From Candidatus Bathyarchaeota archaeon (GTDB lineage Archaea > Thermoproteota > Bathyarchaeia > Bathyarchaeales > Bathycorpusculaceae), in NCBI GenBank assembly GCA_963717465.1, contig OY970340.1, forward strand, positions 32,001 to 96,000: a DNA stretch of 64,000 nucleotides. Direction: 5' to 3'. A program made the translations under genes and the position numbers. The stretch's first letter is position 1, and each line of letters begins with the position of its first letter. The notes beneath the pieces are model-generated. The model saw nothing but the letters and a program-made list of their open reading frames with translations. It did not search any database and was not told where the DNA came from. This document shows, piece by piece, positions 52,881-60,990 of this stretch.

Positions 52881-53225
52881 TTAACTTATAGTAAAAAATG
52901 GCTGCAATTTCATCAAAAAGCCCATTTCTTTAACATCAAATTTGAATTCACCAGAGGGCATCATGTCTTTAAGAGACTTTTTTTTATCTAGCAACGCTTC
53001 AAGACAATCTGCTTTTGCAAAAATGAAGGCCAAATCATACTGACCTTTAGGTTTGATAGCCTTTTCATTTTTTTCTATTTTCCCGTCTGGAGCTATCTTC
53101 CACCACCATCCGATATTTTCGTCTGTAAAGACAAATTGTAGAGATTCGTCAACTCCAACAAGCAAAAAGGAATTTTCTTCAGCATATTCTAACATTCTTT
53201 TCATTACAACCTCAGCAGTGGTCAT
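52881..53225 (-). CDS. SCP2 (sterol-carrier/lipid-binding)-like protein
   Basis: LQFVFTDE...WW.I...G, D..F......L..LL.KK.S....M.SG.FK and LMKL pattern; 114 aa. Confidence 0.6.
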   Translation of the reverse strand: MTTAEVVMKRMLEYAEENSFLLVGVDESLQFVFTDENIGWWWKIAPDGKIEKNEKAIKPKGQYDLAFIFAKADCLEALLDKKKSLKDMMPSGEFKFDVKEMGFLMKLQPFFTIS

Positions 53226-53248
53226 TTAATTTCACCATTCACCAATAT

Positions 53249-53296
53249 AGGAATTGTTTGTTTATTAATTCTAGTATTTACAGAAAGTAAAAGCAG
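53249..53296 (-). promoter_or_regulatory. Shared promoter/operator element, copy 1 (upstream of the SCP2 gene)
   Basis: Aligns over about 48 bp with 56115-56162; the core attaattctagta begins 39 bp upstream of the start codon. Confidence 0.7.
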
Positions 53297-53418
53297 AGTA
53301 GATTCGCCAAGTAAATGTACTTTCTCAAGCAAAATCTTTTGAGCTCACGCGCTTTACTTTCTAAAAATAATTTTTTTTTAAATATAAAAAGGTAGGCTTC
53401 TCAGGAATTAACGCTCTG

Positions 53419-53892
53419 TTAGCCTGAGCCTCTTCCTTTTTGGTGTTCCTTAAAGACTACCAGCTCGTCAACTACTGGTTCGGCAGCCTCTTTAAACCAT
53501 GCAGCAGCACCTTCACCCTGCATAAGGGTTTTCAATTCTGCCGCAAGATTAGAAGGCTTCACAATAAACAGCCACCCCTTATCATAAGGATCCTCCATGT
53601 ACCCAGCGGCCCCAAGCTTAACAACTACCTCATTCACTTCCAAAATCTCCCCCGAAACTGGAGCAGGAATAGGCCCAGTATACTTGCGAGATTCCAAAAT
53701 CCCCATTTTCTGCTTTTGCGTCACTTTTGTTCCCTTAAATGAGAGCTTTAAATAAAAAACCTCATGAGCCCCCTTTGCTATGATATCATCAAAGCCAATC
53801 CTTACAGTTCCATCAGTTTCCAGCTTAATCCATAAATGGTCTTTACTATAGTATAGCTCTGGTCGAAACTCGAATCCTAAGATATCTGTCAT
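53419..53892 (-). CDS. Glycine-cleavage-H-like lipoyl-carrier protein (stand-alone)
   Basis: LYYSKDHLW, RIG, ESRK (lipoyl Lys kept), APVSGEILEVN and DPY..GW motifs. Confidence 0.88.
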   Translation of the reverse strand: MTDILGFEFRPELYYSKDHLWIKLETDGTVRIGFDDIIAKGAHEVFYLKLSFKGTKVTQKQKMGILESRKYTGPIPAPVSGEILEVNEVVVKLGAAGYMEDPYDKGWLFIVKPSNLAAELKTLMQGEGAAAWFKEAAEPVVDELVVFKEHQKGRGSG

Positions 53893-53948
53893 TGAAATTA
53901 TCCACTCTTATAGTCTTAATGCGATAAAACAAGAAAAAAAGATAAGGA

Positions 53949-55310
53949 TTAAGTCTCCGCCTCTTTCTCTAACCAACTGGGAACCTTCACTGGAAACTTA
54001 TATACCTCTAAGGCTATTCTGTCCAATTCCTCCAAGTTCGCCAACGGAGTCTGAATATCAACATTACCGCCACCGCCACCGCCTGTCATTCTCAGGCCTT
54101 TCTGTTCAGTACTTGCAGTCCCACGCGCAGATCTTAATAAGCCTTTACGCATCGCTTCTCCACCCATCAACACTTCTTGTGTACCAAATGCAGCAGCCCA
54201 AAGGATTGATTGGTTTTTTGTTTTGTCGCGATTCTCAAACATGCGAATAGCGTCCTCATAAGCCGGGAGACCGACATCAGCACAAAGCCCTCCTCCTATA
54301 TGCTCATCAAAGTATTTAATGAACAACTCAGCGGTCTTTGCGTTGCAAAGTGGAGCAACAAAAGGAGGAATGTCCTTCTCTGTACAGAAATCTAAAATTG
54401 GTCCAAAGTGATAATCATAGGTTCTTGTGAACTCTTCAAAAGTTAAGTAAGCGCCTCCACCATCACAGTAAAACATCATGTTGCCTTTCGGATTCCCCTT
54501 AGTCATCATCGGTGCAGAAACAGTCAGCACTTCGTGTAATCTATCAATCTTCCTACAGACGTATTTCGAAACGGCTTTTAAAGCCAACTCTGCCAGTGGC
54601 GGATTCTTTCGCACATCCATCAAGAATTCTTTTGGTCCTCTAAGAAAAGTAGCAGAAGCAATTGGACCAGTACAGGCAGAACCAAGCGTTGGAAACTCCG
54701 GATTTATCTTACTAATTTGTTTTACAAGCCAGAGATAATATGGGTAATACCCTCTCAGGGCGGGGTCAGGTATGTTATCCATGAAAAATTCCAGCCTTGC
54801 CTTGGCTTCTGCTGGGTCTTTAGTTTGTGCGAAGCCTTCAACAGCCAAAGGCGGTCCATGCTCAACGTTCCTGAATTTACTGGTCAGCACTTCTTCTCCA
54901 AAGCTGACAGCACTGCAAAAGTGATAATCACCAACAAACTTTGAAGTTCTCAGCTCAAAACAAATTAAATGTAGCTCTGGATATTCACGAAAGTCATTGG
55001 CGTGGATTACTGAGGGCGTTTCAGCATAGCTGTCAAGTATCCTTCCATTATAGGCTGCACCTAATGATACACCAAATGGAAGGCGGTCAAGGCCAAGGCT
55101 ATTGAGGTCAGCTGGGGCGTCATCATACCAACATTTCATTATTCTTTCGCGTGGCATCAGTTTCTCCCTTTGAGCCTTCTCCACTGCTTTCTGGTGGCAT
55201 CTCTCAATTATGAGTTCTTCATAACCTGTCCACTCATGAGAAAAACCTGCCGCGTTCCAAGTGCGGGGATATTGCCCCCTGATTTCTACACTATTATAGT
55301 CCTGATTCAT
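53949..55310 (-). CDS. Divergent UroD/MtaA-fold (corrinoid methyltransferase-like) protein A
   Basis: MPRER, PDP..RG, GP...A.FLRG..EFLMD...NP and TPL.NL motifs; adjacent to the corrinoid protein. Confidence 0.7.
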   Translation of the reverse strand: MNQDYNSVEIRGQYPRTWNAAGFSHEWTGYEELIIERCHQKAVEKAQREKLMPRERIMKCWYDDAPADLNSLGLDRLPFGVSLGAAYNGRILDSYAETPSVIHANDFREYPELHLICFELRTSKFVGDYHFCSAVSFGEEVLTSKFRNVEHGPPLAVEGFAQTKDPAEAKARLEFFMDNIPDPALRGYYPYYLWLVKQISKINPEFPTLGSACTGPIASATFLRGPKEFLMDVRKNPPLAELALKAVSKYVCRKIDRLHEVLTVSAPMMTKGNPKGNMMFYCDGGGAYLTFEEFTRTYDYHFGPILDFCTEKDIPPFVAPLCNAKTAELFIKYFDEHIGGGLCADVGLPAYEDAIRMFENRDKTKNQSILWAAAFGTQEVLMGGEAMRKGLLRSARGTASTEQKGLRMTGGGGGGNVDIQTPLANLEELDRIALEVYKFPVKVPSWLEKEAET

Positions 55311-55364
55311 TTTTTATACCTCTTTTTATTTTTTTATTTTAATTTAAAAAAACTTGATTTGGTT

Positions 55365-56090
55365 TTAACTACGTTTTTGTCGTTGTTCTTTGAGCACTCT
55401 CATCAGTTCATTGCAGTTGCTCAAACCCGCAGTGATACTGTTGCCATGTGCGTCTGTCCCGTACATTTTAACGTCGGTTTCAAAAGTTGCTTGACCTCCA
55501 GTTATAATTTTCACGTTGTCGCGCATGCCGAGTTTCTTTAGCTCATCAACGGTCTCTTTCATAACTAGCCTTGCCATTCCCATTGAGCAACTTAAAGCTA
55601 TGATATCAGCTTTAGAGTTCCTGGTTTTGTTTACGAATGTTTTGGCAGGGATATCATAACCTAAGTCTATCACTTCATATCCAGCTGCTGCCAAGATGTT
55701 GCCCACCAAGCTTTTTCCTATGTCATGAATGTCTCCTTCAACGGTTCCAATCACTACTTTGCCTGGAGATTCCACTTTTACCATCCTTTTGGCTAATTCA
55801 GGCTTTAAAACTCCAACAGCATTCGTTAGGCATTCAGCTATCATTACAAGCTCTGAGAGCATTACTTCCTTTTCAGGTTGCATTTTTTGCTTTTCGTAAT
55901 CAATTTCACGAGCTACATCATAGATACTTCTGCCGCAAATATCCTTTGTCCATACTAGCAGATGGTTCTCTAGAAGCTCTTGCGGATTGGCTCCTGCCTC
56001 TAAAGCTGCTTTAGTTAATTCAGCTACTTTTATGTCATCCTGTGCATAAAATGCATCCTTGAGGTCTTTTATCGCTATTTCTAAAGCCAT
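55365..56090 (-). CDS. Methyltransferase cognate corrinoid protein (MtmC/MtaC-like)
   Basis: N-terminal cap domain; GTVEGDIHDIGKSLV (DxHxxG), DLGYD, ALS and ITGG motifs. Confidence 0.93.
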   Translation of the reverse strand: MALEIAIKDLKDAFYAQDDIKVAELTKAALEAGANPQELLENHLLVWTKDICGRSIYDVAREIDYEKQKMQPEKEVMLSELVMIAECLTNAVGVLKPELAKRMVKVESPGKVVIGTVEGDIHDIGKSLVGNILAAAGYEVIDLGYDIPAKTFVNKTRNSKADIIALSCSMGMARLVMKETVDELKKLGMRDNVKIITGGQATFETDVKMYGTDAHGNSITAGLSNCNELMRVLKEQRQKRS

Positions 56091-56114
56091 ATTTTTGCCT
56101 CTTTGACAATTACA

Positions 56115-56162
56115 AGGATTGCATTGTTAATTAATTCTAGTAATTACAAAAATTAAATACAG
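56115..56162 (-). promoter_or_regulatory. Shared promoter/operator element, copy 2 (upstream of the corrinoid gene)
   Basis: Aligns with 53249-53296; the core begins 40 bp upstream of the start codon. Confidence 0.7.
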
Positions 56163-56295
56163 GAGAGGGAGCGCGGGTAATATTTTTTCTTTTCTCTTTA
56201 GAAGCGGACGACATGTATTGAATTAGCCTTCGCTTCTTTTTTGAACGATGTAGCTAACACAGCTTTCAGTAGTTCTTTCTATTAATCGCACATCC

Positions 56296-57573
56296 TTAAG
56301 ATCCGAGCGGATAGCTGCAGATCTTCTCATACGTCAATTCTTCATTACGTAGACGGTAGGCAACCTCAAGGTTCTCAAGAGGAGTCATAGCATCGCCAAT
56401 AACCCCAGCGTTTGTCCTATGACCCTTAGTTTGATATTTGCCGAAAACCTTAGCCATCCTAATCAACTCATCGCGAATCTTTTCAACAAGACCATTCAGT
56501 ATTATCTTGGTGTTAGTAGCCGTTATTGCGTAGACTTTGCTATATTTAATAGCTACTGGGTATCCTTGCTCAATCGGCGGATGCTCTTGCATACAACTAA
56601 CAGCTCCTCCTTTATTCTCTTCCAAAATCCTCGCAACTTCATTCATGTATTCAGGGGGAGCAACAGGTGCAATGTATGGCGCAAAACCTTTTCTTGCAGC
56701 ATAAGGAATACTATCACCATAATGAAGTGGCAGTGTCTGCTTAAACTCGTCCAGAGTCATATATGCAGCAGAATCACACCACATTAAGCGGTTACCTTTA
56801 CCGTCTGCACCTATTGATTGTTCAAGAATTTTAGTGGCAGAATCAATTTTTTTATTCTGATAAATCGTAGCGATCTCGAGGGCCAATTCAGCCACTTCAG
56901 GATTCGTACGTAAATCCAGCAAGAATTCATTAACACCCCGAATGAAGCAGGCTGTGGTTATGGCACCAGCGCATGTCGACATCGTTATTGGAAGCACATC
57001 ACCCATTATTTTTTTGCCTTCTGTGCACATCCAATTGTATGATGGTCTTAAACCCCTCAGGTTTGGATCAGGTAGATTATCCATCAGCCATTCTAAATCT
57101 TCCTTATTTTTAGCGAATGGTTCGACAACTAACGGTGGACCATGAGCAATAGAACGAAACTTTCTTGATAGCACTTCTTCCCCAAAGCTGGACGGCGTGA
57201 AAAAGAAATCATCCGCAGGAAATTTCACCATATGGTACATCCTTGCAAGAAAATCCAAGTTTGGAAAGTCCAGCAAGTCTCTGTAAGAAATAGCAGGGGG
57301 ATACGGTGTAGCGAACGATTCGAATATGGGGTTAACAAGACCTCCTGCGCTTGAAGCTTGCCCAAGTACCTGATCATACGGGTCATCAGTGAAAAGAGTT
57401 TTAGTCCATCTTTCGCGCGGCATCATCTTTTGATTCTTTAGTGTATTCAGGATCTTCTCTCGCGCTCTCTCAATCATCAATTCTTCAGTTTCTGTCCAAT
57501 GGTATCTGTAGAGAATATTCCAATTTTTTGGATAATCATTCTCTACTTCTTCAGATTCGAAATTCAGTCTCAT
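56296..57573 (-). CDS. Divergent UroD/MtaA-fold (corrinoid methyltransferase-like) protein B, paralog of 53949..55310
   Basis: MPRER, SFGEEVL..KFR...HGPPL.VE, PDP..RG, FIRG..EFL.D...NP and TPLENL motifs. Confidence 0.7.
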   Translation of the reverse strand: MRLNFESEEVENDYPKNWNILYRYHWTETEELMIERAREKILNTLKNQKMMPRERWTKTLFTDDPYDQVLGQASSAGGLVNPIFESFATPYPPAISYRDLLDFPNLDFLARMYHMVKFPADDFFFTPSSFGEEVLSRKFRSIAHGPPLVVEPFAKNKEDLEWLMDNLPDPNLRGLRPSYNWMCTEGKKIMGDVLPITMSTCAGAITTACFIRGVNEFLLDLRTNPEVAELALEIATIYQNKKIDSATKILEQSIGADGKGNRLMWCDSAAYMTLDEFKQTLPLHYGDSIPYAARKGFAPYIAPVAPPEYMNEVARILEENKGGAVSCMQEHPPIEQGYPVAIKYSKVYAITATNTKIILNGLVEKIRDELIRMAKVFGKYQTKGHRTNAGVIGDAMTPLENLEVAYRLRNEELTYEKICSYPLGS

Positions 57574-57656
57574 CTTTCAACTTCCCATTCCTTTTTGAAC
57601 ACGCATTAAAGAGAATTGAGCTTTCCTAAGTATCAACCATTCTAGTGTGTGCCTTT

Positions 57657-58622
57657 CTAATTATGACCATTCTCTAATGATAAATCAATATTGCCACATC
57701 GCATGAAAGGAGTAAACACCCAAGAGTTAATCTTGTAATCTGCAGAATAAAACTGCGGTTTTAGATCCGCGTTTAGATAACTATGTAATAAATTTATGTT
57801 TGTTGGCGCAACCGTGCGATCTCTCCACATGTTTTCGAAAATGAATTTAGCCTGAATTACCATCGCTCGATTATTGGTCACGATTGCCTTACTTATATGA
57901 CCATAATTGTCTTTTTCAACTGGAAGAATTAGCTCTCTTCCATCACCTAGTAAAAATGATGGGAGAACTTCGGGATCCGCCTCAATGAATTGCTCTTTGA
58001 AATTTCCGTATTTTATAAGGTTTTTTGCAAACTTTTCTAAAAAGTCCCTATTTGCTCGAGTATTGGCGGAAATTAATCTATATTTTGATCCTTTTTTAAT
58101 CGAGGTTCTTAGAGTTTTATAGAATTTTTCTAAGTCAGGTATTGCCTTCTGCCAATCATTTATCATTATTCTCAATTGCCCAAAATTCTTGTTAGGAAAG
58201 TCATTGATTAGTGAACATACGGTATTCACATTGTCTATGACCGAAAACTTATTAGCTTCCTCTGGAATATTGGGTTCAATCATTTTTAATGATGACATTA
58301 TTGCTTCCTTGCTGCGTTTGAGCAACATGACCTCAGAACTTTTGGACTCTATTAGAAGGTTGATTGCCTTTTCCAAAGAGATAGTGGAGAAAATAGCTGG
58401 ATGACCAAGTGATGAATCGACAAAACCTCTATTCTCTAGATTCTGAAGGTTGCGGTAAACTTGAACTTTGCTAAGTCGTATTGCTTTCGAAATATCCTTG
58501 GCTTTTTGAGGACCTGATCTAGCTAACATAACGTATATTTTTGCTTCTTGTTCTGCCAATCCTAATTCTACAAACTTTGCAACTATTTGATTTGGGTCCA
58601 ATCTTCCTTTGCACCAACTCAA
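57657..58622 (-). CDS. TrmB-family transcriptional regulator
   Basis: LGL..QEAKIY..L...GP..A..IS......QVYR.L..LE.RGFV helix-turn-helix; C-terminal effector domain ending IFE.MW. Confidence 0.88.
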   Translation of the reverse strand: MSWCKGRLDPNQIVAKFVELGLAEQEAKIYVMLARSGPQKAKDISKAIRLSKVQVYRNLQNLENRGFVDSSLGHPAIFSTISLEKAINLLIESKSSEVMLLKRSKEAIMSSLKMIEPNIPEEANKFSVIDNVNTVCSLINDFPNKNFGQLRIMINDWQKAIPDLEKFYKTLRTSIKKGSKYRLISANTRANRDFLEKFAKNLIKYGNFKEQFIEADPEVLPSFLLGDGRELILPVEKDNYGHISKAIVTNNRAMVIQAKFIFENMWRDRTVAPTNINLLHSYLNADLKPQFYSADYKINSWVFTPFMRCGNIDLSLENGHN

Positions 58623-58780
58623 CTTTGATAGTCGAAAGGTCTAAGGCATATAGCACAACTGCTACTTCAAGTTATTACTTAAGCCTTTTCAAAGGCCATT
58701 CGGTCAAACACACCCGCACATCATGAATTGACTCATATTTAATAAAATATCAACAGATTTTAAATTTTTGGTATTTTGAC

Positions 58781-58920
58781 CAATTTTTCTCTTAAAAATT
58801 CTTTGAGCAGCAGAGCAACCATTAAAATTTTAATCTCCCTCAAAATTCTCACCTTTTACTCTCCCTCATCTCTCTAAGACAAGTAAACAGATAATCAACC
58901 AGACAGACAAACAAACAAAA
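58781..58920. repeat. Left arm of an imperfect inverted repeat (partner at 60211-60309)
   Basis: ttctcaccttttactctccctcatctctct (58846-58875) is the reverse complement of 60246-60273 apart from a 2-nt insertion. Confidence 0.8.
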
Positions 58921-59084
58921 ACTGCTTCTTATAAGCGTTCAATGGAGCGCGCTAGTGCTTTTAGATGTTGAAACAAAAAATCTAAACAGGACATAATGAA
59001 AGACAACGAAAAACTTTTATCGATTCAGATTGGCAAGTTTAAATAAAAGTCCACTAATTTGGACATGGAGGTTGGCGTCATCTG

Positions 59085-60152
59085 ATGCCCTCAGTTGCGA
59101 TGTTGTACACACCACTTTCGTCGGCTGTGCGGTGTGATCTTTGCGCTAGAAGATGTGTTATTCCTGAAGGTAAAGTTGGGTTTTGCAATGTGCGAAGAAA
59201 CGTTGACGGTAGATTACTAACAGATATCTATGGCGCTTTAAGTTTACGTTTTATTGATAATATAGAAAAAAAAATGCTATATCATTTTAATCCCGGGTCT
59301 TCTACCTATTCGTTTGGGACAACTTGCTGCAATTTTAGATGTAAATTCTGCATAAACTTTGATTTGAGCGGAGTAAATGAATTTGTTCCAATAGTGAAAA
59401 TGCTGCCATCCGACATTGTGGAAAGCGCCATAAAGAATAACTGCCAAGGGATAAGCTTCACATATAATGAGCCGACCATTTTTTTCGAATACGCTTACGA
59501 TACCGCCAAGCTTGCCCATGAGCAGGGTCTTTATACAACAATAGTTACAAACGGTTATATGACGCCAGAGGCCGTGAAGATTATTTCCCCTTACATGGAT
59601 GCCGTAACTATAAATTTCAAAGGTTCAGGAAACAGTCAGTTTTACAAAGAAATATGCGCAGTATCTAATGTGCAGCCCATATTTGATTGCATTGAAATGT
59701 TTAGAGATAAAAGAGTTCATATCGAAATATCAAATTTAGTTATGCTTGAACATGGTGATTCGGATCAAGAAGTGCATAAACTTGGCAAATGGATATTGGA
59801 TAATTTAGGTCCTGAAACACCGTTGTATTTGCTGTCTTTTATTGATCAGTGTTTAATGGATAATAAGGTAGCTGGAAGGCACTTAATAGATTTATCCAGG
59901 GACATCAGAGGTTTAGGGCTTAAGTACGTATACAACGATTTTGAAAGAAACACCAATTGCCCAAGCTGCGGTGAAACGTTGATTAAGCGAGGAGGGAAAG
60001 TTCCATACTATTTGACATACAACTTGACATCGGATTACGCCTGCCCTAAATGCGGCATAAAACCGCCTATTATCGGCAAGTGCTACTCTGGCAGATTAGC
60101 TCAGCCAATCGAAGCTGAATGGGATGGCTATATATATGACTATGGAGGTTAA
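59085..60152 (+). CDS. AmmeMemoRadiSam-type radical SAM enzyme, paralog 2
   Basis: Same motifs as 51758..52834, with long identical peptide and DNA stretches. Confidence 0.9.
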   Translation: MPSVAMLYTPLSSAVRCDLCARRCVIPEGKVGFCNVRRNVDGRLLTDIYGALSLRFIDNIEKKMLYHFNPGSSTYSFGTTCCNFRCKFCINFDLSGVNEFVPIVKMLPSDIVESAIKNNCQGISFTYNEPTIFFEYAYDTAKLAHEQGLYTTIVTNGYMTPEAVKIISPYMDAVTINFKGSGNSQFYKEICAVSNVQPIFDCIEMFRDKRVHIEISNLVMLEHGDSDQEVHKLGKWILDNLGPETPLYLLSFIDQCLMDNKVAGRHLIDLSRDIRGLGLKYVYNDFERNTNCPSCGETLIKRGGKVPYYLTYNLTSDYACPKCGIKPPIIGKCYSGRLAQPIEAEWDGYIYDYGG

Positions 60153-60210
60153 GCGCTTGATGGGAATACGCGCACATAAGGATATTTTAGAAACACCCAC
60201 TATCACGCTT

Positions 60211-60309
60211 TTCTGTTTATTTGTCTTTGATTGTCTGTTTGTTTCAGAGAGATGAGAGAGTAAAAGGTGAGAAATTACAAGAATTAATTTTTGAGAGAAA
60301 AAAAATTGA
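60211..60309. repeat. Right arm of an imperfect inverted repeat (partner at 58781-58920)
   Basis: agagagatgagagagtaaaaggtgagaa core; flanking ttgattgtctgttt and gagaaaaa..ttg also mirror the left arm. Confidence 0.8.
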
Positions 60310-60329
60310 AATTTAATCGTAAATAAAGG

Positions 60330-60803
60330 CTAAGGCACTATCGATGCCTTGACAATGGTTACTTTTTGTAACGGTTTGTCTCTTGAGTCTCGTTTGACCA
60401 AAGAAATTTTGTCTACAACGTCCATTCCTGAAAGGACTGTGCCAAAAGCAGGGTGCTTGTCATCTAAGTAACTGTTATCTACTATGTTGATGAAGAATTG
60501 GCTGCTTCCAGTGTTTGGACCTGCATTTGCCATTGAGATTGAGCCTCGATTGTTGCGGTTTGTTTTTGTGAATTCATCTTTGATTTCTGGGATTGACGGA
60601 TCCCCGTAGCCTGTTCCTGTTGGGTCGCCGCCTTGAATCATAAATTTAGGAATAACCCGGTGAAATATAGTGTTGTTGTATGTGCCTTTTTCAACAAGAT
60701 TCTTGAAATTGCCAGTTGTAATAGGCATATCGTTTCGTAATTCAATGGTTATATTGCCCATTGTGGTTTCAAGCAAAACTTTGATTTTAGGTTGACTCGA
60801 CAT
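60330..60803 (-). CDS. ppiA: Cyclophilin-type peptidyl-prolyl isomerase
   Basis: FHRVIPKFMIQGGDPTGTG and SMANAGPNTGSSQFFI motifs. Confidence 0.95.
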   Translation of the reverse strand: MSSQPKIKVLLETTMGNITIELRNDMPITTGNFKNLVEKGTYNNTIFHRVIPKFMIQGGDPTGTGYGDPSIPEIKDEFTKTNRNNRGSISMANAGPNTGSSQFFINIVDNSYLDDKHPAFGTVLSGMDVVDKISLVKRDSRDKPLQKVTIVKASIVP

Positions 60804-60990
60804 AAATATATCCTTAAGAGAATGAAGGAGTTGAGTATTTCAACTTAATGATTGCAGATAATCACGTTGAAGCGTTCCTGAAGCGATATCACTCTTTAAT
60901 GAGGAATTTATGAACACAAGACTTATTCATTTTAAAATATATTTGTTGTTTACACTTGAGCAAGTTACTGTATTGGCGTGAGTATTCAAA

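Noticed and set aside
53419..53892. Calling this a glycine cleavage system
   Set aside because: Only the H-like protein is present; no P, T or L subunit genes lie in the window.
47497..57573. Evidence of methanogenesis
   Set aside because: No mcr, mtr or CoM biosynthesis genes are in the window, and the MT2-like proteins lack the CoM-activating zinc motif.
51758..60152. Twin radical SAM genes as a diversity-generating retroelement template/variable pair
   Set aside because: No reverse transcriptase is present, both copies are full-length ORFs, and the differences are not confined to adenines.
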